A stretch of 64,000 nt of DNA, taken from the NCBI GenBank assembly GCA_951406725.2, contig OX597831.1:80476001-80540000 (forward strand), written 5' to 3'. A program made the position numbers and the translations under genes. This stretch comes from Octopus vulgaris (Eukaryota). This document shows, piece after piece, positions 14,051 through 26,808 of this stretch. Below the pieces are notes generated by a model. That model did not search any database. It saw only the letters and a list, made by a program, of their open reading frames with translations, and had not been told where the DNA came from. The stretch's first letter is position 1. The number at the start of each line of letters is the position of its first letter.

Positions 14051-14691
14051 GTAGGTAGGTATGTAGGTAGATAGATAGACACATAGATGCATGCATTCAT
14101 ACATACATACTTACAAAATACATACATATAAAATTATAAAAAAAAAGAAAGACACGTAGAGAGAGAGAAAGAGAGACAGTGCAAGAGAGAGAGGGGGAGA
14201 GAGGGGGAGACAAGCCACATCAATAAGCCACGTCTACCATTACAACTTACGCCATGTTTCGTGTTTTATATAAACCAGCAAACTCTGTGAAACCGTGACA
14301 TTATCGTTACATACTTCCGCTCAATTTCACTTCCGATCGTCTCCATGTTCACCTTTTTTGTGTCTATTTTTTCTATTTCGTGTCTTTATTCTTTTCATTT
14401 TTTCTTTTCCTTTTTACTTATCTTCATCTCCCTTTTTTATTTACTCGTCATTTTTTTTTTTGGTCGTATATTGTGGTCATTCTTTTTTATTTTATTTGGT
14501 TTAGTTTTTTTCTTTTTGTTTTTCTTATTCTTTCTATTCTCCGTTTACTTATCTCTCTCCCCCTCGCCTCGTGTTTAGACTTTTTATGTGCGCGCGCGCA
14601 CGTGTGTGTGTGTATAACTATGTGTATATTATGTATGCGACCAAGTCTGTAGATAGACATATATATTCGAATGCATGTATGTATAAATGAT

Positions 14692-14733
<42 letters not shown>

Positions 14734-14752
14734 CTGATAGATATATATATAT

Positions 14753-14831
<79 letters not shown>

Positions 14832-16775
14832 TTTATATATGTGTGTGTTTATTTATAAGTGCATCTACGTGATTGAATGTTATTACACACGCACGGATAT
14901 GCACATGTTTGTATGTATGTATTTATGTATACATAATTTAATCATACACATGCCCACACACGAACACACACATACATACATACATACATACATACATACA
15001 TACATACATACATACATACATACATACATACATGCATACATAGACACACATGAACAAGAGTGTAAATGTGAACTGAAATGAATGTTAACATTCCAAAGCG
15101 CCCATTATATCTATACAACTGATGTGCATTGTAAAAAGTAGCGGGGAAGGAGTCTCCTGACGCACTGTTTCAAGGTTTGTTGACCACTGCTCAGAGAAGA
15201 AATAACCGGCTTCCTGCACCAACCAATAGAACAAATCAACAGCTTATAAAGTAGTCCTAAATATGGCTAACACCGTTGTGAATAGCCCGATTTGTATATT
15301 TGTGCATTTGACGGTTCACGACAGGTGAACGGCGGGAATGGCATTTTAAAGACATGCTAGAATTGTACGGGTAAAAGACAGAACATAAATCACTGGAAAA
15401 CCAAATTAGGTGTTTCTGAACAATACCGATTGATTTCCTAAAGTTATCGATGTGGAGTTGATCCAGCAACATCCGATTATCTACATTGTATTTCGATATG
15501 GTACTTATTAGGTCGGTGGATAAGCGCAGTGGATGACGTCCACGATTTCGACTGGTCTGCGACAAACATGAACAAGTGTGTAATCTGCATGATTAAGCTA
15601 ATAAGGATGCATTATCAAAGATTCGGTTACTGGAAGCTAGAAATGTGTTTTCCAGCTGCTGAAAGCTCACAGCGGCAGATTCGCAGACTCCTTAAGCAGA
15701 TGTTGAGAAGAAGGATTATCAACAACCGCTGGCGTGTCATGAGAAGAGGCACTGAAGAACAGTCGATAGGGTGTAGTAAAGTAGCTATTAAAAAGTTATA
15801 ATTAATTAGAGAGAGGACTGGTCAGTATATTGAGAAGGTCTTGACGGACGTACAATGTATGGTACACGGCCTTTCTGCGGCAAGAAATTTGATGATTGAG
15901 AGGTTGGAGTTAAGGTGCAAATTTTTGTAATCACAAAGGAACGAAGAATGTTCCATAGGCCAAAGTAAAAATAAAGCCATGATTACGCCATTGATGAACC
16001 ACAGGGTCCAGTTTTAGATAAATTTATTCGAGCTTTCAGTGGCATTTTTCGCCGCTCCTTGTGAATAGGAGTAAGCTGCAGACGATGAGTTTTAATGCTG
16101 ATCTCGACTGTCTGTCGAGGCTCTCATTAGAAACATGTGGAGTTTTGCAAAGACCAATAACGAGATCTAAGATATGGTTGATTGACTTATGACTGAACAA
16201 GGAACAAATCGCTTTGTCGAATAGGTTCTGCTCAGCAACTTATAGAAACATGCCAAACACGCCCATCCCTCTCTTACCCGATGTCTATTGCAACTGGGAA
16301 CATTCTCAACTCCACTAACTAGGATGTGGTGGCGCTGCTGACGAAGAGAAGCGAACAAGAGGGATGTAATCGACAATATCTGGTCCATAAAACTGGGGCT
16401 TTCTGTATCGCATCAACAGACCAGCCCCAGATGAGGGAGCAGTATCCCCGTGAGGGACCCACTTGACTTTAGTATTAAATTAATAATTGCTGAGAGCTAA
16501 AGAATTTATTACTATTTCTGAGTTCAAATCCCGCCAAAGATAACTTTATCTTTCTTCTCACAAGGATCAGTAAAATAGAGATGACCAGTATCAACGAACC
16601 ATCCTCCTCAAAAGTGATGATCCTGGGCCAAAAATCACATGACATTAGGACTTTGCTTTTCATCCTTTCGGGGTCGATAGATTATGCACCAGTTAATCTA
16701 ATCGACTGACCCCTTCCCCGATATTTCAGGCCTTGTGCCTATAGTAGAAAGGATTATTATTGTTATTATTATTAT

Positions 16776-17132
16776 TACTTTTTTTTCTTCTTTCAAATTT
16801 GCTTCCATTTCTTGCCGAGTGTCTTCCCGACTCCTAGGGCAAAGAAACTCATAGTGTACATTGGTAGGCCATTAAACCAAACTCAGTAGTTCGTTCATTT
16901 TTTTTTAAATTTTTTTAAAGTTAAATTAAAATACATGAGCAGCAACAGTTCTCACATCGACAATGCTCTTCTCAATACGTGTGATGTACCAGTTAAGACA
17001 ATCTTTTGCACTTCTTGCAGGGATGGTAAGCCAGGGATCATTCTCATATAATTTTCGGTTCCCTTCTTGATCATTCCTAGTGCTCCTACGATCACTGGTA
17101 TTGTAACCGCCTTGAGATGCCACATTTTCTCA
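16776..17132 (-). mobile_element. 3' end of R4/Dong-type LINE, near-identical to 42082-42445
   Basis: ORF track gives the same 65-aa peptide at 16926-17123 (-) and 42091-42288 (+); (TTA)n on both sides. Confidence 0.9.
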
Positions 17133-17165
<33 letters not shown>

Positions 17166-17307
17166 GGCGAGCTGGCAGAATCGTTAGCGCGCCGGGCGAA
17201 ATGCTTAACAGTTCAATTTCCACCGAGGTCGATTTTGTCCTTTCATCCTTGTAATCGACTTGTCCCCTCTCCACAAATTTGAGGTCTTGTGCCTCGAATA
17301 GAAAGGC

Positions 17308-17308
<1 letters not shown>
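17166..17308 (+). mobile_element. SINE family A, internally deleted
   Basis: Head 'ggcgagctggcagaatcgttag' and tail 'ttgtgcctcgaatagaaagg' followed by (TTA)n. Confidence 0.75.
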
Positions 17309-17351
<43 letters not shown>

Positions 17352-17379
17352 ATTATTATCATTATTATTATTATTATTA

Positions 17380-17416
<37 letters not shown>

Positions 17417-17419
17417 CAC

Positions 17420-17512
<93 letters not shown>

Positions 17513-17543
17513 CATTATTATTATTATCATTATTATCACTATA

Positions 17544-17574
<31 letters not shown>

Positions 17575-17586
17575 TCATCATCATCA

Positions 17587-17653
<67 letters not shown>

Positions 17654-18155
17654 CATTATTATTATTATTATTAATATTATTATCATTATTATTATTATTA
17701 TTATTATTGTTCTTGGGAGGATATGTTTGTTTTATTCTATATTTAAAAATATAGAAATTACTATATTTCTGAAAAGTAATTTTTTTTTTCTTTCTTTTTT
17801 TCAAAACTTCACTCTTTTAAAATTTCTCCTTCCTTCTCTCCCTGCCCAACTCTAATCTTCCGCAAACCTTAAAAACTCGTTCTTTCATTTGATTACACAG
17901 GGTTACCTGCTGACTCGGCAGACGATATGAGGAAGGCCTCAATGTTGTCGCTCGGCGTACTAGAAATAACAACCAGGTATCCTTCAAATCACACCAGTCG
18001 CCGCTACTAAACGGCTTATAAAAACTGAAGGAAAATATTGCCCTGAAATAAACAAAAATACGACAGTTGCGATTCTGTAACTGAAAGTTTGAAACGCTGT
18101 CTATTTGGACAAAATCGTCATCATCGTTCTGTTACTCTTTCATACTTTTTTAAGA

Positions 18156-18540
18156 CGGCGAGGTGGCAGAATCGTTAGCACGCCGGGTGAAATACGTAGC
18201 CATATTTCGTCTGCCATTACGTTCTGAGTTCAAATTCCGCCGAGGTCGACTTTGCCTTTCATCCTTTCGAGGTGATTAAGTACCAGTTACGCACTGGGGT
18301 CGATATAATCGACTTAATCCGTTTGTCTATCCTTGTTTGTCCCCTCTGTGTTTAGCCCCCTGGTGGGTAGTAAAGAAATAGGTATTTCGTCTGTCTTTAC
18401 GTTCAAATCCCGCCGAGGTCGACTTTTCTTTTTATCTTTTCGGGGTCGTTAAATTAAGTGCCAGTTGCGTACTGGGGCCGATCTAATCGAGTGGCCCCCT
18501 CCCCAAAAATTTCGAGTCTTGTGACTAGAGTAGTAAAGAT
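18156..18540 (+). mobile_element. SINE family A, dimeric form
   Basis: Head and central domain followed by a second B-box/central domain (~18385-18540). Confidence 0.85.
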
Positions 18541-18544
18541 ACTT

Positions 18545-18750
18545 TTATTCTTTTATTTATTTTCAGTCATTTGACTGCGGCAATGCTGGAGCACCGCCTT
18601 GAAATGTTTTTGTCAAAGAATTCGATCCCGGGACTTAGTACTTATTCTATTGGTCTCTTTGACGAACCGCTAAGTTACGAGGACGTAAACACACCCAACA
18701 CCGGTTGTGAAGCGATGATGGGGACAAACACAGACACAAAGATACATACA
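18545..18750 (-). mobile_element. SINE family B, 3' half
   Basis: Reverse complement of the family B tail. Confidence 0.8.
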
Positions 18751-18776
18751 CATAAAGATGTATACAAATATATCAG

Positions 18777-18843
<67 letters not shown>

Positions 18844-18848
18844 TGTGT

Positions 18849-19144
18849 GGCAATGGCCCTGTGGTTAGGGCAGCGGATTCGCAGTCGTAGGATCGCGGTT
18901 TCGATTCCTAGACCGGGCGTTATGAGTGTTTATTGAGCGAAAACACCTAAAGCTCCACGAAGCTCCGGCAGGGGGTGGTGGTGATCCTTGCTGTACTCTT
19001 TCGCCACAACTTTCTCTCACACTTTCTTCTGTTGGCCTGCTCGCTTAGCCAGCGGGGTGGCGTCATTTGAAGTCTAAAACAATGCGATGCGCATTGTGAC
19101 CAGCGATGAGTAGCAACATCTGATAGCTGGTCGGTTACGGTGAT
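18849..19144 (+). mobile_element. SINE family C (tRNA-derived), near full length
   Basis: A box 'tggccctgtggttagg', B box 'ggtttcgattcc', 3' hairpin gtgacc..ggttac ending in (TA)n; further copies at 49207 and 58051. Confidence 0.85.
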
Positions 19145-19421
19145 ATATATATATATATATATATATATAATCCGAAAAAGTTTTGCATAGAACAAATAAA
19201 AACGTGCGGGCAATTCGACCTATTCGCCAATGTAATCTTTTTCTAGGCTAGGGTTTTGGTGGTGCATTCTAAATGCAGTCCATCATATCTGTCGTACTTC
19301 TAGCAAGTCTTGTTAGTTCGTTTAGCGTCCAGTTTAGTGTATTATAACTATACTTCATTCCTGGAACACCTAAACTGCTAATACTTCCTTATTCTTTGCA
19401 TTTAGTTCCGTTTTAAGTATT

Positions 19422-19824
19422 AGGTGTGGCTGTCTGGTAAGAAGTTTGATTCTCAACCACATGGTTGCTGGTTCAGTCCCATTGTGTGGCTCTCTGGGTA
19501 AGTGTCTTCTAATTTAGCTTTGGACTGACCAAAGCCGTGTGAGTGGATTTGGCACACGGAAACTGAAAGAAGCCCGTCCTTATGTTTATGTGTGTGTATG
19601 TATGTGAGTGTGTGTGGGCGTGCGTGTCTTTGAGTCTGTATTTTTGTGTCTGTGTTTGTCAGTTGTTGGCAACTGGTGTTGGTGTGTTTACGTCCCCGTA
19701 ACTTAGCAGTTCGGCAAAATATACCGGTGGAAGAAGTACTGGGGTTGATTCATTCAACTAAAAATTCTTCTAGGCGGTGCCCCAGCATGGCCGAAGTCTA
19801 ATGACTGAAACAAGTAAAAGAGAA
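19422..19824 (+). mobile_element. SINE family B (tRNA head, CORE-like domain, internal microsatellite, LINE-like tail)
   Basis: 'tggctgtctggtaag..ggttcagtccc..ctgggtaagtgtcttct' and tail 'ggcggtgccccagcatggcc'. Confidence 0.85.
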
Positions 19825-20571
19825 ATGATATATTTCTTCCCAACTTTTATTCATTGATTTCTCTAACCACTTGTATTTATCTCATTCTCTAGGCTCCGTT
19901 TCTTTATTAAACATGAAAATAGTTGGAAGTAAAGATTGTTAGCCCCAGGAAACATCGTCTCCAGCTAGCTATACGGCACGATCTGTGTCCTGATATTTTC
20001 GAAAAAGTTGATCTAGCACCCTCACTTAGCTCAAAACAATATCTGTGTATCAAAGTACTGTTGCTGAATATCTCTCGTTGTGAGATTTACAAATAGCAAT
20101 TTTCATGAAAATAGCTTTCTTAATTAATTTTCCTCTCTTCATTTGTTACTTTGATGCAATTTTCTAAGCAAAATTTCATATAATTTCCTATAGTAAATTC
20201 ATATACTATCCGTTGCAGTGTTTCTAGCTGCTAATCATCTGCAGAGTACAAGTTTGACTACTATTTCTGACAAGCCTCATGGAGGCCAACCTCAAGTTGA
20301 CAAAAAGGATAGATAGATTCCTTGACCCTTGTAGTGTTTAGCTTCTCTTTTCTAAGTTCTGAGTTCATATCATGTCACAGTCAACCGTTATTTTTCTTTC
20401 TTTTTTTTTCTTTCCTTTCATCTCCTGCCGAATCGATAACACAATTACGAATAATATATTGATATCGATTCAATCAAATGTACACTTCCCTTGTATAAAT
20501 TGGCTTTGTGCCTAGTCAAATAAAATCGCCATCATTACCCCCGTCGCCACAACTAACATTAGTGTTCACGC

Positions 20572-20629
<58 letters not shown>

Positions 20630-20834
20630 GTTATTATTATTATTATTATTATTATCGCCATCATTAACTCTTGCAATCACTTTCACAGCAAGCTCTCTAT
20701 GGAAGACCATAAGTTCCTTTTACTCACAAACTCCGGCCAGTAATAAAGTGTGTGTGTGTGTGTAGGAACTAATGGTCGTTTGTATGTATATATATTTGTG
20801 CGTACGCGCATATGCACATGTATGTATTGATATG

Positions 20835-20873
<39 letters not shown>

Positions 20874-20974
20874 ATACATGTTATCATATATTTATATATA
20901 TACATATATGCAGACATATATATAAACATATATACGCACACACACACACACACACACGTATTAATCGCAGGTAT

Positions 20975-21971
20975 ATTACTCGTAAACCATAGCGCGCCGA
21001 TCTCTCTGCACAATCAATCACACACAAAGCCCCACAAAATACCATCACCGCCGCCGCCGCCGCCACAACCACTAGATTTTACCCCCCCCCCCATCCTCAC
21101 CCCGTGATCACCGCGACCACCGTGACCATCACTACCGCCACTGCAACCTTTATTAACCGTCGCAGTCATCATTTCCTCGTTTTTGTGACCAAACGAGTCA
21201 TGGGAACGTCATAAAGACTCGTAAATTACGATGAGTTCGTCGTTGTTGTTGTTGTTGTTATGCTGGTGGTGGTATGAGTGGTATGAGTGGTGATGGTGGT
21301 GGTGGTGGTGGTGGTGGTGGTGGTGGTGGTGGTGGTGGTGGTGGTGGCGGCGGCGTTGACGACGGCGTTGCAGACGGCGATGATGCTGATAGTGTTCTTG
21401 TTGTTAGTGGTCGGAGGAGGGATAGGGGAGGTAGTGGCGATCCGTTGAAGGTCAGGCGGCGGAGGCGAAGTTGGTGGTGGTGTTGGTGGTGGGCGGGGTG
21501 ACGTTTAACCCCCGGATCAGTCGTAATCGAACAGAACTGCGAACATTAAAAGTATTCCGACCGTGACCATCCAAATTTTTCCTTTCTTTTTTCTTTTTCT
21601 TTTGCTCTCCTTATGTGCAAGGAACCAAAAATCCAGCAAATAATCCAACGCTTCCGATTCTAAGATGAGAGGACGCTGCGATTCTTGACAGAGTTGGCTG
21701 CTCCCTCTGCTAGAGACAGCAGCCAAATCTCCCTAAACAAATCGCCTGACCAACTTGAGGCGTGTTCACTGGCTACTCATGATCATTTGGATGGTGGTGG
21801 TGGTGGTGGTGCTGGTGGTGGTGCTGGTGGTGCTGGTGGTGATGGAGGTGGTGCTGGTGGTGGTGCTGGTGGTGGTGGTGGTGATGGAGGTGGTGTTGGT
21901 AGCAGTTTTAGTAGTAGTATTAGTATTAGTAGCATCAGTAGCAGCAGCAGCAGCAGCAGCAGTTTTAGTTA

Positions 21972-22007
<36 letters not shown>

Positions 22008-22445
22008 CTGCTGTTGTTGCTGTTGTAGTTGCTGTTCCGAGTTATGATTTCCGTTGTGCTTGCTGTTGTTGTTGTTGTTGCTATGGCTGACGTCGCCGCT
22101 GTTGTGTTTGTTACTGTTATTAGTTTAATACTGTTGTTGTTGTTGTTGTTGTTGTTGTTCTCGTTACTGTTGCTGTTGTTATGGCCGTCTAAGTTGTGAT
22201 CATTATTATTCTAATTACAGTTGTTGTTGTTATTGTTGTTGTTGTTGGTGGTGGTGGTGGTGGTGGTGGTGGTTGTTACTGTTGTTGTTGTGGTTGTGAT
22301 TACTATTATTCTAGTTACAGTTTTTGTTCATGTTGTTGTTGTTGCTGTTGTTGTTGTGAGTTTTATTGCAGCGGTTCGTTGCCGTAATTAATGGCGAAAT
22401 TGAGGGAAAAGAAAAGACAAGGAAAGAAAGAGAGAGAGGGGAGAG

Positions 22446-22529
<84 letters not shown>

Positions 22530-22699
22530 AAGAGTGAGTAAGCCGAGGGCCAAAAGCAGAACCGAACGGGAAAAACAAAAGAAAAAACAATTCCATGCAA
22601 TAGAAATATCATTACCGCGGTTCGGCCTGATGTTGTTTGTGGGATGGAGGTGGGCGTTAGGTGGAGCGCCGGTTACGGTTGGAAACGGTGGAATGGTTG

Positions 22700-22737
<38 letters not shown>

Positions 22738-23045
22738 AGTTGGAGATGATGTGGTGGCGGTGGCTTTGGTTCTGGTCAGATCTGATGTGGCGTAGTGTAA
22801 GTGTAACGAAGCGTGGCGTGGCACGGCATCGCGTAGAATGACCTGGAGTGGTGCAGAGTGACGTGTGGGCGGGGTGAGGAGAAGCATAGGGGGGGGGGGC
22901 GCTGGGCGGGGGTGGTTTGGTGCCGTGCGGGGGAAAGGTGAGGGGGGCGCACTATTTCGTTGCTGATTTCAATTGGGTGCGGTAGGTTGAATGGGGAGTG
23001 GGGCGAGGATAATAAGCCGGACTCAGATCAAAAACATGCCGTCTT
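20975..23045. promoter_or_regulatory. CpG/GC-rich island of unique sequence among trinucleotide tracts; candidate cis-regulatory region
   Basis: Clustered CTCGTAAA/GTCATAAA/TTTTATTG/TAATTAATGG and CAATCAATCA motifs; GC boxes (GGGCGG), TGACGT and ATTGG near 22860-22980. No TE similarity recognised. Confidence 0.4.
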
Positions 23046-23097
23046 TATAGTGTTACGGCTGTATAATACGTACAAGCATGTATACATACATACATAC

Positions 23098-23128
<31 letters not shown>

Positions 23129-23146
23129 CATATATGTATGTGTGCG

Positions 23147-23187
<41 letters not shown>

Positions 23188-23649
23188 TGATAGATAGATA
23201 GATAGATAGATAGATTGATAGATAGATTGATAGATAAATAGTTACATACATACATGTATGTATGTATGTATGTATGTATGTATGTATGTGTCATGTGTAT
23301 AAAACTGTAGGGTATGTTATTTTAACTGTTGTACGGGATCCGAGATCAAATCCGTTCTGTTTCAAATGTTAGAAATCCGCTTCGCAATCGTTTCTTCAAC
23401 GAATTCTTAAGTGTAAGCCACACATACACAACCATTCATACAACCATCAGTATATACATACATACGTATATGCATATATACATATATACATACATGCATA
23501 CATACATATACATATATGCATGTATGTATATATAAATATATAGATAGACACATACATACATACATATATATACACATATATTCACATTAGACACACCACA
23601 CACACATAAATATATATATATATAAGTTAGCATATATATACGTTGATAT

Positions 23650-23850
23650 ATATATATATATATATATAGTGGGATAAATCACAAAAAAAACAAAAGACGA
23701 AGACAGGTGGTGTAGACAACAAACAGTTGTATTAGTATAACGCTCGGGAATTGAAAAAGTCTTTAACGTTTCTAGCCTACGCTTTTCCATAGAAAGAAAC
23801 AAGGAGAGAAAAAAATGTGTGTAGTGGCTAGCGATCTATCATGGCGAATG
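23650..23850 (-). repeat. Penelope pLTR-derived repeat with decayed minimal HHR-like motif
   Basis: Minus strand 'ttctatggaaaagcgtaggctagaaacgttaaagac' is related to the motif at 51076-51110; lies between (TA)n tracts. Confidence 0.45.
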
Positions 23851-23879
23851 ATATATAAATATATATATATATATATATA

Positions 23880-24062
23880 GGCGTATGAGTGGCTGTGTGG
23901 TAAGTAGCTTTCTTACGAACCACATGGTTCCGAGTTCAGTCCCACTGTATGGCACCTTGGGCAAGTGTCTTCTACTAGAGCCTCGGGCTGCCCAAAGCCT
24001 TGTGAGTGGATTTGGTAGATGGAAACTGAAAGAAGCCCGTCGTAGATATGTATATATATATA

Positions 24063-24114
<52 letters not shown>

Positions 24115-24335
24115 TGTATGTTTGTGTGTCTGTGTTTGTCCCCCCAAAAAAACATTGCTTTACAACCGATGTTGGTCTGTTTACGTCCTCGTAACTTAGT
24201 GGTTCGGCAAAAGAGACCGATAGAATAAGTATTAAGCTTACAAAGAATAAGTCCTGGGGGTCAATTTGCTCGATTAAAAGCTGTGCTCCAGCATGGCCAC
24301 AGTCAAATGACTGAAACAAGTAAAAGAGTAAAAGT
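23880..24335 (+). mobile_element. SINE family B, full length
   Basis: tRNA A/B boxes, CORE-like 'ccttgggcaagtgtctt', internal (TA)n(TG)n, and tail 'cagtcaaatgactgaaacaagtaaaaga'. Confidence 0.9.
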
Positions 24336-24359
24336 ATACATACATATATATATATATAT

Positions 24360-24935
24360 ATAATAAAAAGGGTTGAATGCGGATTCGTCCTTTAATTGGA
24401 GTAGTTTCCAAAAGACTCCTAACGTTGATTCTTCATACTTTATTTTCAATGTAAATTGGCGTAGATATGAAAGGTTATATAAGTCTATTAAGAATATGAT
24501 TTAAGTTATAGAACGAAGTTCGATAGATTCAAATATATTTTTCATAAATGGGGGAGATTAGATGTTAATATGGGATGAAATATTTATTCAATTCGCTAGA
24601 CGATCGTTTCGTACAGAAAGACAATAAATTAGTTTTAAGAATCTGAGTTGACAAAGAGTACTCATTAGTAGTACAATAAGAAAAGACAAAAACTAAATAA
24701 AGAAAAAGGAGGACTTTAGAATTACATGGGTATTGTGTTCTTACTAGAAGTTAGTAAGATCCCAATATCACAAGTCCACTTTTTTCTTTACCAATCCCAT
24801 GTAACTCTAAAGTCCCCTTTTTCTTTATTAAGTTTTTATTTTTTCTTATTTTACTACTGATGATTACTCTTCGACAACTCTGGTTCTTAAAAATAATTTA
24901 CTGTCTTTCAGTACGAAAATATCGTTTGCAAGATT
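24360..24935. mobile_element. Inverted pair of Penelope-type pseudo-LTRs, each with a hammerhead motif
   Basis: Arms ~24595-24735 and ~24792-24930 are reverse complements; HHR(-) at 24596-24671 and HHR(+) at 24854-24929. Confidence 0.75.
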
Positions 24936-24944
24936 TGGACTAAA

Positions 24945-25110
24945 AGTCTAGTAGGTTCCACTCTGCCCTGCAGCGGACTCGACACGTTTTTAACGATATT
25001 GGCTGAAGGAATGTGAGGTGAAGTGTCTCACTCAAGGACACAACCTGTTGCCTTGTTGAGGAATCGACCCACACCCAAGTGATCACAAGTCCAACAGCCA
25101 AACTGCGAGA
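24945..25110 (-). mobile_element. Degenerate CORE-like SINE
   Basis: Minus strand has 'gggtcgattcc' (B box) then 'gttgtgtccttgagtgagacacttcacc'. Confidence 0.6.
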
Positions 25111-25129
25111 CTTCGCACTATCAAATACC

Positions 25130-25788
25130 TGTATTTTTGTCTTTGTTGCCGTACACATTCGCTACCTTACTTATAAAAATGTCTAATGCTCTTAGCTTAG
25201 ACTTTGGCGGGGGGGGGGCAACTAGATCGAACTGTCTCAAGTGTAACTACCCGAGACAGTAAGGACTTCTGGTAACTTGACTGAGGAAAAGAAGGCCACG
25301 AATGACCCGTTCGTCTATCTGTCCGTATGTTTTAATGTCCTCTATTGCGTTTTTGTTCGTTCGGCCGTCGTCTGTGCAGCATCTATATTCCTCCTTGTGC
25401 CTGTGAAATCTTGTGTCCCTGTCGTAAGGCTTTATTTCCACACACGCCAGCTTAATTTAATTCGTCCTTAGTCGAAAGACACCTGTGGTTATGTCCTGCA
25501 ATTTGTATTTGTGTAACATCTCTCGATTTTTTCGTTTTTGTTTTCGTATACATTCGCTGCTTTCTTCCGAGGAATCTAATGCTCTTAGCTTAGTTTTTTC
25601 CTTGGGGCTGGCCAGATTGGAGCTATCTCGAGTATAACCAGCCGAAATTGCAAAGATAATCTGGAACTCGACTGAGGAAAGAAAACTCCGAATGACCCGT
25701 CCTTGTTTTCTTTGTATCGTCTGTCTGGATGTTTTGTTGTCCCATTTTTGTATCACCTAACTGTCTGGATGTTCTACATTCTTGTCCC

Positions 25789-25792
<4 letters not shown>
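25130..25792 (+). repeat. Tandem of two related pLTR-like repeat units
   Basis: 'tctaatgctcttagcttag..gactgagga..gaatgacccgt' occurs at ~25182 and ~25575; the same composite is reversed at 57030-57400. Confidence 0.65.
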
Positions 25793-25829
<37 letters not shown>

Positions 25830-25839
<10 letters not shown>

Positions 25840-26197
25840 GCATCCTTTTTGTCTCGGGAGACAATGGAGTTGCACATAAAGTAGTCTAGTCCGGCTTTTA
25901 CATTTCATGTCCTAATACATCTCCTGCTGTGGCTGTGTAGTCCTATCCTGGACAAACACTCCCTCTGGCAGGTGCCGTAAATGTAGTGAATACTGTTCCT
26001 GGCTGGTTGTAATGTCATAGTTTCTTGTTGACGTCTTTCCATTTCTCCTCTCCCTCTATGTCACTCCTTTGTGTTCCCTCTTTTACTGTACGACGCCAAT
26101 CTCCACGGTTGCTGGCAACTGCTTCCCAGTTGCTAATATTGATGTTGCAGGCCTTCATGTCCCTTTTGAAAACATCCTTGTAACGTAGGAACGCCAA
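25830..26197 (-). mobile_element. RTE-clade LINE 3' end
   Basis: LRYKDVFKRDMKACNINISNWEAVASNRGDWR is a typical RTE ORF C-terminus; short 3' UTR ending in (CAA)n. Confidence 0.85.
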
Positions 26198-26247
26198 TGG
26201 CGGTTTTATATATGTATGTATAATATATCATATATCATATATATATA

Positions 26248-26808
26248 CAGGATTATTAAAAAAGAAAGAGCAGATTTTAATTTTATTTTTAAAATAAACG
26301 GTAAGAGACACAAATACATTCCACATATTTCTTGATAGGGGAGGGTTTAAAGTTTATTTTAACGTAGTGTGGACTCAACATGCGCAACATGATCACCGGT
26401 GCGCTTTCCTTTACAGAAGCAACCTTTTGCTGTGAAATTTTTATGCCATTCATAAATTTGCTTGTGATAAGGTGGATTTTTGTTGAATTGGCAGCGAAAT
26501 TCACGTTGCATTTGCAAAATCGATTCGCATTTCTCAAACTGCAGCACACAGAAAGACTTTTCTTGTGGCGTCACCATTTTCTATGGGATTACACAAATGA
26601 AAATTATACAACTTGAAATAAAATGAACAAAATGAAACATTAAAACAAAATTAAGATATTATTTTATTTAAGGCTTAATTCAATTGATAATGTTCAGCTA
26701 TAAACTTTAAACCTTCTCCTATCAAGAAATAAGTAGAATGTGTTTGTGTCTCTTACCGTTTGTTTTGAAAATAATTTGAAATCTGCTCTTTGTTTTTGAA
26801 TAACTCCG
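26248..26808 (-). mobile_element. Internally deleted Tc1/mariner-superfamily transposon with ~110-bp TIRs
   Basis: Inverted termini ~26248-26357 and ~26700-26808 with TA on both sides. Remnant ORF 26359-26577 (QEKSFCVLQF..QREFRCQF..IYEWHKNF..GC) resembles the DUF4817-type N-terminal HTH. Confidence 0.85.

Noticed and set aside
18849-18920. Possible tRNA gene (also the heads at 5151 and 23880)
   Set aside because: A/B boxes run directly into SINE bodies present in multiple copies; no complete cloverleaf or Pol III terminator.
21274-22090. Gly/Ser/Val-rich ORFs
   Set aside because: Derived from (GGT)n/(AGT)n repeats; no recognisable domain on either strand.
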